DNA of 64,000 bases from an uncultured Bdellovibrionales bacterium (lineage in GTDB: Bacteria; Patescibacteriota; Minisyncoccia; Moranbacterales; UBA1568). Below, in pieces: positions 1 to 9,641 of this stretch. Under the pieces are notes generated by a model. That model saw only the letters and a program-made list of their open reading frames with translations. It was not told the DNA's origin and did not search any database. The stretch spans positions 292,824 through 356,823 of the forward strand of contig CAZTBI010000001.1 of the NCBI GenBank assembly GCA_964612055.1. Reading direction: 5' to 3'. How positions within the stretch are numbered: the stretch's first letter is position 1; every line of letters starts with the position of its first letter. The position numbers and the translations under genes are program-made.

Positions 1-490
1 ACTTCTTTGGCATAATCGATGAGCGTTTCACTGGAAACGATAGTTCGCTCCGGCACGGTACAGGTGATGTATTCAGCGATATGAAGAAATGTGCGGGCAA
101 AAAATCCCCATTTCTTGTGTGTGTAGTCGCGGCTATGAAATGTGGCTACTGTCCTTGCCTTTGGTTTGAAGAGTCGAGGAATCACCGAAAGGATACTGGG
201 ACCAATCGACTGATAATGAATAATATCGTACGGAGAAAAGAGCGCATGCAGCGTCGCCGCAAGCGTATGTGTGATCGCATCCAGGTGCTTGGTGTTAATA
301 CTCGGTACGTGCACCAGCTTCACTCCTTCGAATTCTTCCAGGGAGGCCGACGTATAGTGCGAGCGGACATAGACTGTCACCTCATGCCCCTGAGCCGCCA
401 AGCGCGTAGAAAGCTTCTCGACGTGCTTCTCTACACCACCAGCAATAGCCGGAATGCCCTTTTGCCCGATGAAAGCAATTTTCATAGCAA
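1..490 (-). CDS. Glycosyltransferase family 4 (GT-B), N-terminal portion; 3' end cut by window edge
   Basis: Manual reverse translation from ATG at 490: MKIAFIGQKGIPAIAGGVEKHVEKLSTRLAAQGHEVTVYVRS..., a typical GT4 N-terminal domain. The ORF runs off coordinate 1. Confidence 0.65.
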
Positions 491-526
491 GGTATGATTA
501 AAGAGAACGCACGTCTTCTGTCTCAC

Positions 527-1543
527 TTAGAAACCACGGATCACTGGGGAGATGCCTCCAATGCGATTTGTTTCAATGCGGTTGGCATTGACGTCAGTAC
601 CATAAATGATACCACCAAAAGTATTCCAAGCATTTACTGTGCGCGCTACGCGAGCGACACCGTAACGGCCATTACCAATCAAGTCGGCTTTCTTCAAACC
701 AACGTTTCCAGCACCGCCATAAGCATTTACTTCCACGCCTTCGCGAACGTTGCTGCGGATACTGTTAGACTTCGTCCAAACTGAAGCGCCATCAAGAACA
801 GCCTTGATGCCACTGCCGCCATTACTGTTGATACGGTTATGTTCAAACCACGCTTTCATTCCAGCTGCTAAGTCAATACCGTCACTTGCGTTGTTGTGGA
901 TATCGCTATTCACCACTACCAAGTCACGACGTTCCGAGTAGATACCGGCACGTTTACTTCCCTCGATTTCGACAGAGTCAATGAGAGCACGGTGCTTTTC
1001 ATCACGAGGAGCAGAGTCAATATGGACACCATCACGATCGCTCCCCTTGATGACCACCTTGTAGATCTTGGCCTTGGCATCTTCCTCAATACGGACACCA
1101 TGACGACCCTCTTCGATTGTCAGGTAGTTCAGTTCAGTCTGATGACGCATCGTCACCGTTGGCTTGTCATCGTTATCAGAACGAATAATCACATCACCCT
1201 TATCAGCCTTGCGACCAAAAAGTTTTACTCCTTTTGGAATGGTAATGTTTTCATTGTACTTTCCCTTGGCAATATGAACATCCGTTCCTTCATCAGCATG
1301 TTTCAATGCCTCAGAAATAGTGCGATAAGGATGGAGTTCGCTTCCGGTTGGTGTTCCATCAAACTCTTCATCGACATAGATATCATCATTACCACCAAAA
1401 ACAACCACCGGCACAATGATGAAAAGTGTCAGTGCGAATCCAAGGATTACCTCGCGAGAAAGCCAAAACTTCGGGACTTGCATACGGTTTAGATCATGAA
1501 TTTTTAGACCTTTTATCTTATCAAATTTTGGCATTTTTGTCAA
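527..1543 (-). CDS. Membrane-anchored right-handed parallel beta-helix repeat protein (pectin-lyase fold, DUF1565-like)
   Basis: 338 aa with an N-terminal TM segment. Repeated NxxDGI / SNGGSGI beta-helix motifs. Sits inside the glycan locus. Confidence 0.6.
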   Translation of the reverse strand: MTKMPKFDKIKGLKIHDLNRMQVPKFWLSREVILGFALTLFIIVPVVVFGGNDDIYVDEEFDGTPTGSELHPYRTISEALKHADEGTDVHIAKGKYNENITIPKGVKLFGRKADKGDVIIRSDNDDKPTVTMRHQTELNYLTIEEGRHGVRIEEDAKAKIYKVVIKGSDRDGVHIDSAPRDEKHRALIDSVEIEGSKRAGIYSERRDLVVVNSDIHNNASDGIDLAAGMKAWFEHNRINSNGGSGIKAVLDGASVWTKSNSIRSNVREGVEVNAYGGAGNVGLKKADLIGNGRYGVARVARTVNAWNTFGGIIYGTDVNANRIETNRIGGISPVIRGF

Positions 1544-1657
1544 CCCCAGAGTTTTGCGCTAGAATAAGAGTGTTTCCAGGCTTTTTAGAGGGATTTTTTT
1601 GATGATTTTTCCTCTTCATTTGAGAGCCTTTTTTAAACAAAAATATTCTCAATTTCT

Positions 1658-3766
1658 ATGCATCTTTCGTCGCTCTTTTCACCTCATTCCATAGCGGTTA
1701 TCGGTGCCTCAACCAAACCGGGAAGTGTGGGCAATAGCCTCACCGAAAATCTCCTGCGCTTCGGATACGCTGGCAAGGTATATCCGGTCAATCCGAAGGC
1801 TGAAACTCTTTTCGGACTCCCCTGTTACAAAAACATCACGGACCTCACGGAAGAAGTCGAACTCGCCATCATCATCATTCCTGCCGCTTTCGTTCCAGAG
1901 GCACTACGCGAAGCCGGAGAAAAAGGAGTGCGAGGAGCAATCATCATTTCCTCGGGCTTCAAAGAAACTGGCGAAAATGGAAAGGCACTGGAACTCGATA
2001 TCATCAGAATTGCCAAAGAATTCGATATTGCCCTCCTCGGTCCAAACTGCCTCGGACTGCTGCATCCAAAAATCGGTCTCAACGCCTCTTTCGCCAAGGT
2101 CATGCCAGAACCTGGCAACATTGCTTTTTTCTCACAAAGCGGTGCGCTCTGTACCGCTCTTCTCGACCTGACCTCAGAAAGTCTCGGCTTTTCTTCCTTT
2201 GTCAGTGATGGCAACAAGGCGCTCATCGGTGAAGATGAACTGCTCCGCTACTTTGCTCAAGATACCGAAACCAAGGTGATCGCTTTTTATAGCGAAGGCA
2301 TGGCCGAAGCAGAAAAAATTATCGAAGTCGGACGTGCCATCCTGTCCCGCTCGGAACCGAAACCGATCATCGCCCTCAAATCAGGCCGTACCAGCGCCGG
2401 CACAGAAGCCTCAAGCTCCCATACCGGAGCGCTGGCTGGTAGCGACGCCGCGTATCAGGCACTGTTCAAACAAGCTCGTATGATTCGTGCTGACGGTTTC
2501 GAACATCTCCTCACGCTTCTTCCTGTTTTTGCTTTTAATCCACTGCCACAGGGCAAGCGTCTCGGTATTATCACCAACGCTGGCGGTCTCGGAGTTTTGG
2601 CTACCGATGCCGCAGTCACTCACGGTCTTCTCATCGCCACTCTAACACCCCAAACCGTTGAAAAGTTAAGTGTCCTGCCAGCGGCTGCCAGCAAGCACAA
2701 TCCCGTGGATGTACTTGGCGATGCCCTCGCTGATCGTTACGCTCTTGCTATCGAGGCCGTAGCAGCAGACCCTCAGGTAGATATGCTCCTTGTTATTGTG
2801 ACCCCACAAGCTATGACAGAAGCCAAGGCTACCGCCGAAGCCATTTTTGATATCAAGAACCGCTCAGGCAAGCCTATCGTCGCTGTTTTTTCAGGTCAGG
2901 ACTCTCTCGAAGAAGGACTCTCAGTTCTCAAGGAAAAAAATATCGCTACCGTTGGTTATCCAGAAGCTGCAGCTCAAGCACTTTCAGCACTCGCAACCGT
3001 TGCTACCTGGCGCAAAGATCAACTCTCCACTCCTTTTGTTTTCAACGATGTCGATGAAGAAAGCGCCCGTGCTGTTATCGAAAAAGTAAAAGAACGGGGC
3101 CAGACAACGCTCTATGAAACAGAAGTGTGGGAAGTCCTTGCCTCCTACGGTTTTCATTTCCTCAAGAGCCAGGTAGTACGAAGTAAAGAGGAAGCGCGTG
3201 CTGCCGCCACTTCTTTTTCTGGTCCCACGGCTCTCAAGATCATCTCGCCTGACATTACCCACAAATCAGACGCCGGCGGTGTTCTTCTCGGAGCGAAGCC
3301 AGAAGAAGCTGGTGAAAAATATGCGGAACTCATAGAGCGAGTCAAAGAGCATGTCCCAGAAGCTCGTTTGGAAGGAGCGCTCATGGTGGAAATGGCATCT
3401 ACCGGTGGCTATGAGATTATTCTCGGCATGAAACACGAACCAGGTCTCGGCAAACTTGTCATGGTTGGTCTTGGTGGGATATTTGTTGAGACTTTCAAAG
3501 ACGTCGCTTTCCGTTTCGCCCCCATGAATCGTGAAGATGCCAGTGAAATGATCCATGAACTTCGCAGCCTCCCACTGCTTACGGGAACACGCGGAAAAGA
3601 CGGTATCGATATAGAAGCCCTTACTGAGGCTCTCGGACGCCTGTCACTTCTCATTGAAGATTTTCCAGAGATTGAGGAACTTGATATCAATCCCCTTCTC
3701 ACTTTCAAAGATGGCGCCGCCTTCCGTATCCTTGATGCTCGAATTCGTTTGAAAGAAAGTTCATAA
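1658..3766 (+). CDS. Acetate--CoA ligase (ADP-forming), fused alpha/beta (CoA-binding + succinyl-CoA-synthetase-like + ATP-grasp domains)
   Basis: 702 aa. N-terminal CoA-binding signature (IAVIGAS, PVNP). Central ligase-CoA domain and C-terminal ATP-grasp. Typical NDP-forming acyl-CoA synthetase architecture. Confidence 0.85.
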   Translation: MHLSSLFSPHSIAVIGASTKPGSVGNSLTENLLRFGYAGKVYPVNPKAETLFGLPCYKNITDLTEEVELAIIIIPAAFVPEALREAGEKGVRGAIIISSGFKETGENGKALELDIIRIAKEFDIALLGPNCLGLLHPKIGLNASFAKVMPEPGNIAFFSQSGALCTALLDLTSESLGFSSFVSDGNKALIGEDELLRYFAQDTETKVIAFYSEGMAEAEKIIEVGRAILSRSEPKPIIALKSGRTSAGTEASSSHTGALAGSDAAYQALFKQARMIRADGFEHLLTLLPVFAFNPLPQGKRLGIITNAGGLGVLATDAAVTHGLLIATLTPQTVEKLSVLPAAASKHNPVDVLGDALADRYALAIEAVAADPQVDMLLVIVTPQAMTEAKATAEAIFDIKNRSGKPIVAVFSGQDSLEEGLSVLKEKNIATVGYPEAAAQALSALATVATWRKDQLSTPFVFNDVDEESARAVIEKVKERGQTTLYETEVWEVLASYGFHFLKSQVVRSKEEARAAATSFSGPTALKIISPDITHKSDAGGVLLGAKPEEAGEKYAELIERVKEHVPEARLEGALMVEMASTGGYEIILGMKHEPGLGKLVMVGLGGIFVETFKDVAFRFAPMNREDASEMIHELRSLPLLTGTRGKDGIDIEALTEALGRLSLLIEDFPEIEELDINPLLTFKDGAAFRILDARIRLKESS

Positions 3767-3770
3767 AAGA

Positions 3771-3810
3771 AAAAGCAGCCGACTGAAGCTCAGTGGCTGC
3801 GGGTTTTTGG
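3771..3810. terminator. Bidirectional rho-independent terminator
   Basis: Hairpin GCAGCCGACTGA-AGC-TCAGTGGCTGC flanked by an A-tract upstream and GGGTTTTTGG downstream. Lies between convergent genes. Confidence 0.7.
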
Positions 3811-3817
3811 AACGCCC

Positions 3818-4327
3818 TTAGGCGACGACTGTTCGCTCAGGACGCACGTACTCACCAGGAATCGACGGTGGCGTCAATTCTTCTGGTTTGGGCTTGGGAT
3901 GCGTCCGCTCGATATGCTCCTTGGCAATGGTAGCCAGAAAAGCCATGACTTCTAGTGGGGTATCGAGCGCCACAAACCAACCTTTGGAACCTTTTGACGC
4001 CATCCGATCCGACCAACACTCCACTCGGAAGTTGGCCGTGATAGCTCCCTCGAGTTCCCACTCTTGAAGCAAAACGATGCACTTGGCGCGATATGACCCA
4101 CGATCCTTCTTGCCCATTTCACGGTAAGACGCCCTCACGAGGGTTTTGAGTTCCCGCTCTTTGTTCTTGGCTTCGCTGCCACGGAGCACCTCGGGAGAGA
4201 CAAGTTCGATCGCCATATCACTCGGGGTGACGCCCTTCTTGGGTACGAAAACCTGAGCAGACGCTACCTGAGAGAAAAAACACAGTGACAAAGCCGCAAA
4301 CAAAGCGGCCGCGAGACGATGATACAC
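3818..4327 (-). CDS. Secreted hypothetical protein (signal peptide; GTG start with GGAGG RBS)
   Basis: 169 aa. N-terminal signal-like AALFAALSLCFFSQVASAQV. GGAGG 6 nt upstream of the GTG start. GC slightly raised (about 55%). Confidence 0.5.
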   Translation of the reverse strand: MYHRLAAALFAALSLCFFSQVASAQVFVPKKGVTPSDMAIELVSPEVLRGSEAKNKERELKTLVRASYREMGKKDRGSYRAKCIVLLQEWELEGAITANFRVECWSDRMASKGSKGWFVALDTPLEVMAFLATIAKEHIERTHPKPKPEELTPPSIPGEYVRPERTVVA

Positions 4328-4407
4328 GGAAAACCTCCTCGGTTGATGTTTCGTTTGAAACGATTGAAAGGAACTGGGACAGGGAAAGCTGTTACACTTT
4401 GCCCCAT

Positions 4408-4503
4408 TTTATAACGGATATTTACCCGATTTTACCATCACTCGTTCGGAAACAAAAACTTATTTTTGTTTCACTCACTTTGTTTGGTAATAAACTTCGC
4501 AAG
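4408..4503 (-). repeat. Structured repeat family B, copy B1 (two-hairpin element; overlaps the last codons and stop of the epimerase gene)
   Basis: Reverse complement aligns with 17591-17676 and 57378-57462. The motif is TTATTACCAARCRAAGYGAGTG-GAAACRAAA...TTTYGTTTC-CGARCGAGTG-(M)YRGTAAAATCRGRYRAAT RYCYGTTAT, with compensatory substitutions in both stems. Confidence 0.7.
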
Positions 4504-5472
4504 ATTCATGTCAAACCAAGAAGTCCGAACAACGAGTTCGTTCGTATATTTTTCTTTCAGATACGCGTAGGTCTTTTCCAGGCCTACCTCCAAACTGGTG
4601 ACTGGGTAAAATCCAAATTCTTCCTTGGCACGTCCGATGTCAAGAACGATTTTTTGCACATCGAACTGACGACGCTCCAAACGCTTAATCTTTGGAGTAC
4701 TCTCCGTCGTCTTGGCCAACATGAGCACCAGTTCAAAGAGCGACACGCCTTTACCGGTACCGACATTGTACGTCGTATTCTTGTGATTCTGATCGAAGCT
4801 TTCAGCGATAAAACGGGTCGCATCCTTCACATAGATATAATCACGGACCGTATTTCCGTAGATAGGAAGCGGCTCATTCTTGATCATATGCTTCATAAAG
4901 ATCGGGATAGCCCCTTGGATACCGTCCGGATTCTGTCGTTCGCCGTACGGATTGGCGATACGATAGATGACGAAATCAAGCCCATACTGGCGCTTGTAAA
5001 AATGGAGGTATTCCTCGATGGTCAATTTGGTCACCGCATACGGCGAAACAGGACGCGGCTGTGTCGTCTCAGAAGCCACTTCTTCAAGGCCGTTGCCATA
5101 CACAGCGCCACCAGAAGATGGGTACACGACTTTCTTGATACCATGCTTCACACACAGGTCGAGCAGCTGCAACGTACCGTCAAGATTAAGACGGATCTCC
5201 TCGTGCGGATCATTTGCTGTGGAAGCGGGTGTACTCAGTGAAACGAAATGAAAGACATAGTCGACACCTTTCAAGGCGCGCGACAAATGCCACTTATTCA
5301 GAAAATTTCCTTTGTGGAACTTGATCTTTCCTTTCAGGTGTTTCAAATTCTTGATACGCCCCTTATGGAAGCGATCAAAAACATGCACCTCAAAACCACG
5401 ATCCAAAAGGTCGTCTACGACATGACTTCCCAAGAAGCCATCACCACCGATGACGAGACACTTATTCCCCAT
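4471..5472 (-). CDS. NAD-dependent epimerase/dehydratase (UDP-sugar 4-epimerase-like, extended SDR)
   Basis: 333 aa. N-terminal GGDGFLGSH Rossmann motif. YxxxK SDR catalytic region. Located in a glycan cluster. Confidence 0.85.
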   Translation of the reverse strand: MGNKCLVIGGDGFLGSHVVDDLLDRGFEVHVFDRFHKGRIKNLKHLKGKIKFHKGNFLNKWHLSRALKGVDYVFHFVSLSTPASTANDPHEEIRLNLDGTLQLLDLCVKHGIKKVVYPSSGGAVYGNGLEEVASETTQPRPVSPYAVTKLTIEEYLHFYKRQYGLDFVIYRIANPYGERQNPDGIQGAIPIFMKHMIKNEPLPIYGNTVRDYIYVKDATRFIAESFDQNHKNTTYNVGTGKGVSLFELVLMLAKTTESTPKIKRLERRQFDVQKIVLDIGRAKEEFGFYPVTSLEVGLEKTYAYLKEKYTNELVVRTSWFDMNLAKFITKQSE

Positions 5473-5547
5473 AGAAAAATGGCCAGCATTACTGTTAACT
5501 GGCCATACTACACTATTTTTTCGATTTTGTCAAGTGTCTAGAAGTTC

Positions 5548-6774
5548 CTATTTTTTGGCTTGAATAAGGGAAGAATAGAGATCCAAGATCGCCTTGAGAT
5601 ACGTTTCTTTATCAAGGTCGAGGACACTCTCCCTGGCGTTCTTTTGAAGTTCTGAAAGAGAAATATGGTCCAAAAGTCGTATTTTTTCTGCTAGATCATG
5701 TGCATTCCCAGGTTCAAAGAGAAATCCGTTGTAGCCATCACGCACCCGCTCCGGCAAACTCCCTGAACAAGCTGCGATGACGGGTGTGCCAGAAGCCAGT
5801 GTTTCCAGAAGCGCATACGGCGTATTTTCATACCATTCCGATGGCACCACTACTGCCCGAGCAAGAGCCAGCAACTTCTTCAGATCATCGCCATATACCG
5901 GACCAAGAAAAGTTACTTTATCCTCGAGCTTCAGTTCCGTAGTCAGCTGTTTCAACCGCTCTTCCTCCGGTCCGAAACCGACCAAGGAAAGCGTTTCGCC
6001 ATCTTTGAGTTCCGCGAAGGCGCGGATCAGGGTCGCTATCCCCTTCTCAGCGGACAGGCGTCCGAAATACAAGAAATTCTTGCCCGTCTTTTCAGGAAGT
6101 GTTTCTGTCAGATGAGGAAGCGGCACGAGTGGCTGCGTCAAAAGTTGTATCGGGTAGGGAAAACCGAGACGCTTGAAAGTGTCGATCAAAAACTGACTGA
6201 GACCGATATAGGCATCGACTTTTCCGTATGTCCCGAAAAGCTGATGCAACCACTGTTCAAACACGCATACCAGGCTCTTGCTGAAAGAATCCTTCACACA
6301 ACGATCCGCGAGACAGCGCAGTCCGGAGTGATGCTCCCAGATCTTGCCACGCACGAAAAGACTATAATTCGGTGAAACCAGCTTATAATCACAGAGTGTC
6401 ATGACGATTGGCACGCGATGCTTCCGAAGTGCCCAGATGATCGAAGGCGAAAGCTGGTGATACGTAACAAAGAGATGCGCCACGTCCGGCTTGAATTCCT
6501 CAATCAATGCTTCGAGCTTTCGCTTCGCACTGAAATTGAAGATCATGTTCTGTGCCACTTTCAACTTCTGCCACCATGACAAATGGTTCGCCTCTTCGTA
6601 ATCTACTTCATCAACAAAGTACTTACTCCACTCTGTCGGCTCGTTCTTCGGATGGGCCATAGCAAAAAAGGCCACTTCGTGACCCTGGCTCTCGAGTAAC
6701 TTGGCCGTATCGAAATAAAGACGTTGCGGGCCAGCATACTGCCGATGGTACTTGTCGATCAAGAGAACTCGCAT
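5548..6774 (-). CDS. Glycosyltransferase family 4
   Basis: 408 aa. C-terminal GT1/GT4 signature (EGFGFPxLEAMAxGxPVI-like: ENTPYALLETLASGTPVIA). Confidence 0.85.
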   Translation of the reverse strand: MRVLLIDKYHRQYAGPQRLYFDTAKLLESQGHEVAFFAMAHPKNEPTEWSKYFVDEVDYEEANHLSWWQKLKVAQNMIFNFSAKRKLEALIEEFKPDVAHLFVTYHQLSPSIIWALRKHRVPIVMTLCDYKLVSPNYSLFVRGKIWEHHSGLRCLADRCVKDSFSKSLVCVFEQWLHQLFGTYGKVDAYIGLSQFLIDTFKRLGFPYPIQLLTQPLVPLPHLTETLPEKTGKNFLYFGRLSAEKGIATLIRAFAELKDGETLSLVGFGPEEERLKQLTTELKLEDKVTFLGPVYGDDLKKLLALARAVVVPSEWYENTPYALLETLASGTPVIAACSGSLPERVRDGYNGFLFEPGNAHDLAEKIRLLDHISLSELQKNARESVLDLDKETYLKAILDLYSSLIQAKK

Positions 6775-6828
6775 TGACTTTTTGGCTTAGTAATGGCATT
6801 ATACAAGAAAGTATCACGTTTCGCAATA

Positions 6829-7490
6829 TGATGTCACCCATCGAAAAAATCGCCTACACTATCTCTGCGAAAAGCCGTGCCAAGAAATTCTCACAATTTC
6901 TCACTCTGATTGATCCACAGCCAGATGAAACGATCGTGGATGTCGGCGTCAACACCACCGAATACTCTGCCACTGACAACTATCTCGAAAAGTTCTATTC
7001 TTATCCAGAAAAAATTACCGCCATCGGAACAGGAACTGATGGTGATTTCACCCTTTTTCGTGAACGCTACCCGAAAGTCGCAACTGCCATAGGTGACGGG
7101 CGAACTCTTTCTTTTGCTGACAATACTTTTGATATTGCCTATTCCAATGCCGTCATCGAGCACGTCGGGAACTTCGATGACCAGCGTCGTTTCCTCTCAG
7201 AGCTCTTCCGTGTCAGTCGTCGTGGTTACCTCACCACTCCCAATCGTCACTTCCCTATCGAACTCCATACCCGCATTCCCCTGCTCCACCTCCTTCTTTC
7301 CAAAAAGAATTTCGATGCCTTCGTCACCAAGATCGGCAAAGGCTGGGCAGCCGGCGACTACATGTCCCTCCTCTCTGAAAATGACCTCCGCAGGCTTTTC
7401 CAGGAAGTTGGTATCAGTAACTATACCCTCATCAAAAACCGCTTCTGTGGCCTCCCTATGACTTTTACCTTGATCTGGCACAAAGACTAG
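6829..7490 (+). CDS. Class I SAM-dependent methyltransferase (Methyltransf_11-like)
   Basis: Motif I VDVGVNTTE and motif post-I/II FDIAYSNAVIEHV. The start at ATGATG 6829 is preferred over the listed 6774, which would overlap the divergent GT start. Confidence 0.65.
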
Positions 7491-7491
7491 T

Positions 7492-8859
7492 ATGCGCACC
7501 CTCACAAACAACCCTCTCCACGAACCTCTCCTCTGGATCTTCCTCTGCGCCCTCGCGGCATTTGGCGTGACCCTGACTACGATTTTGCATATGCCCCTCT
7601 TCCTTCCCTTCCTCCTGGCAGGCGGTATTCTCGCACTCATCCTCCTGTTTCAAGCGCCGATTCTTCTTTTGTTTGGACTGATTATTGTGCGCATGTCACT
7701 CGACTACTCATCTCAGTATGCCAGTTTCACGCTCTACAATATCACTCTTACTCTGTCGCAGCTTCTGGGAGTCGGTATCGCCTTACTCGGTTTCATGATT
7801 CTTATTTTGAAACGAAAAGCGCTCCCTGCATTTCCCCTAACTATACCGTTTCTTCTTCTTTTTCTCTGGGGCGGGATGACTCTTTTTTACTCGCTCTATC
7901 CAAAAGTGACACTGCAAGAGCTCCTTCGCATCTTCGATCTTTTCGCGCTCAGTTTCCTCGCCTACGTCACCATCAACACAACGAAAGATTTCAAGCAACT
8001 CCTTCAGGCGTTTTTCATTTCCAGTATCCTCCCTATCCTCTTCGGTCTCTACCAATTCGCTTTCCACATCGGACTCTCAGATGAAAACGTTTCGCTCCTC
8101 CGTATCTTCGGCACCTTCAGTCATCCAAACGTCTACAGCCTCTACCTCTACGCCATGATCGTTTTTGGCAGCCTCTACCTCCTCCTCTTTGCAGAAAAAG
8201 GCTTACGTCGCATTATTATGCTCGGTGTTTTGGGGATCTTTTCAACCATGCTGCTTCTCACCTTTGCCCGAGTAGCCTGGATCGCTCTCTTTCTCTTCGT
8301 TTTCCTCGTTGCCCTCTTCCGCTACCGCCTCCTCTTGTTTCCGCTCTTTCTTTTTCCCTTTGTTCTCTTTGTTTTTTCTCAGAGTTTTCACAACCGCGTA
8401 ATCGAAAGTTTCCAACCTGATCCAGATAGCTCCCTGGTGTGGCGTCAAACCCTGTGGCAGGATGTCACGCGTTATTCCATCCAGGAAGAACACATGCTCC
8501 TTGGTTCCGGCATGGATACTTTCCCAAAGATATCTGAGAGTGTCCGCGGTACCAGCCATGGCCCAAACGATCCTCACAACGACTTCGTGAAACTCTTTGT
8601 CGAAGGCGGCATCGTTGGTCTCAGTATTTTCATCCTCTATCTTTTTTCTCTCGGATACTTATTAATAAAAAAATATCGTGAGAGTCGGAAAGAAAGTGCT
8701 CTGAAGCTTGCCTTTGGTATCCTCTTTATTTTCTTCCTCACCCTAGAGCTCTCTGCTCTCACGGACAATATCTTCAAAAACACTCCCGTTCAGTGGCTTT
8801 TCTTCATCGCCTTTGGTGCTCTCCTCTCACTTTCTGATCAAAAAGAGAAGCTCGCTTAG
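7492..8859 (+). CDS. O-antigen ligase / Wzy-like polymerase family membrane protein
   Basis: 455 aa with about 10-12 TM segments. Periplasmic loop with SHPNVY...HNDFVKLFVEGGIVGL, characteristic of Wzy_C/O-antigen ligase. Confidence 0.75.
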   Translation: MRTLTNNPLHEPLLWIFLCALAAFGVTLTTILHMPLFLPFLLAGGILALILLFQAPILLLFGLIIVRMSLDYSSQYASFTLYNITLTLSQLLGVGIALLGFMILILKRKALPAFPLTIPFLLLFLWGGMTLFYSLYPKVTLQELLRIFDLFALSFLAYVTINTTKDFKQLLQAFFISSILPILFGLYQFAFHIGLSDENVSLLRIFGTFSHPNVYSLYLYAMIVFGSLYLLLFAEKGLRRIIMLGVLGIFSTMLLLTFARVAWIALFLFVFLVALFRYRLLLFPLFLFPFVLFVFSQSFHNRVIESFQPDPDSSLVWRQTLWQDVTRYSIQEEHMLLGSGMDTFPKISESVRGTSHGPNDPHNDFVKLFVEGGIVGLSIFILYLFSLGYLLIKKYRESRKESALKLAFGILFIFFLTLELSALTDNIFKNTPVQWLFFIAFGALLSLSDQKEKLA

Positions 8860-8871
8860 TATAAATTTTGA

Positions 8872-8910
8872 GATAAAAAAGAAGGGTTTCCTGTGAGGGA
8901 AACCCTTTTA
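8872..8910. terminator. Bidirectional rho-independent terminator
   Basis: A-tract followed by hairpin AAGGGTTTCC-TGTGA-GGGAAACCCTT followed by TTTT. Lies between convergent genes 7492-8859(+) and 8934-9398(-). Confidence 0.75.
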
Positions 8911-8926
8911 TGTGCGACTGTGTCGC
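8908..8926. promoter_or_regulatory. Terminator-adjacent motif TTATGTGCGAC-NN-TGTCGC (copy 1)
   Basis: Near-identical to 10567-10586. In both copies the order on the minus strand is gene stop, then GCGACAnnGTCGCACATAA mini-hairpin, then the large terminator hairpin. Confidence 0.4.
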
Positions 8927-8933
8927 AAGCTCT

Positions 8934-9398
8934 TCAGCAGCCGGAGATGGCGATGTTGCGCGCCTCCATCGGACCTGTCGCACCTTGCAGGCCGATCCGA
9001 ACCACGACGCGATCAGCATCTGACGAGATGTGCCAAGTGCGGTTCACGGTACGCCAGTTCGGAGACGGATCCGCCAGGTAATCCACCGGGTAATGAGACC
9101 TGCCACCCTGGCGCATCTCGTAATCGACATGGACACCATGGAATGGAGCGGTGCCAGCTTGGATCCCTTTCGGCGTGCGGTACTCGACCGAGAGCGACAA
9201 CTTCTTGCCGAAGCAGCTCTTCGGAACGACGTACGTCACCGCTGACATGTCGTTCCAATCCAAGACACCGTAGATGGTGTAGACCTGGCCGGTACGGTTG
9301 ACAGCACCCATGACGCCCCAAGGCGACGCTGGTGCGGTGGCGCATGCTCCGAGCAGGACGCCCAAGCAGAGCGCGAATGCGCGAATCAAATAGAACAT
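8934..9398 (-). CDS. Lipoprotein, function unknown (high-GC island gene 1)
   Basis: 154 aa. Lipobox LLGAC after a hydrophobic N-terminus. About 60% GC. Confidence 0.6.
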   Translation of the reverse strand: MFYLIRAFALCLGVLLGACATAPASPWGVMGAVNRTGQVYTIYGVLDWNDMSAVTYVVPKSCFGKKLSLSVEYRTPKGIQAGTAPFHGVHVDYEMRQGGRSHYPVDYLADPSPNWRTVNRTWHISSDADRVVVRIGLQGATGPMEARNIAISGC

Positions 9399-9544
9399 GA
9401 CGCTCTCCTCTCAAGAACTGGTTTGTCAGTGCGAGATTGCAACATGACTTGATACTGTACTCTCTTTCCCTCTTTCTGTCAACCCTGTGTAATTCACCGA
9501 AGGTGAGCCGGCAACGATTACACAGGGTCAAGAGGTTTTTTGGA

Positions 9545-9597
9545 TAAAAAAAGAGGGTTTCGAACGTTGCCTAAGCATTGCTCGAAACCCTTTTTGG
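9545..9597 (-). terminator. Rho-independent terminator (bidirectional)
   Basis: AGGGTTTCGA...TCGAAACCCT stem flanked by an A-tract (plus) and a T-tract. Lies downstream of 9642-10329(-). Confidence 0.7.
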
Positions 9598-9641
9598 AGA
9601 CCGCGTTCAGTGAACGCGGAACCCGTGTCGGCCTGGCCGAC

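Noticed and set aside
4285-5241. 318-aa plus-strand ORF opposite the epimerase gene
   Set aside because: It is fully antisense to a well-supported SDR epimerase with a GGDGFLG motif. It has no RBS.
6774-6828. Upstream extension of the methyltransferase ORF to ATG 6774
   Set aside because: It would overlap the start of the divergent GT4 gene. The added residues (MTFWLSNGIIQESITFRN) are not part of the MTase fold. The ATGATG at 6829 is the more plausible start.
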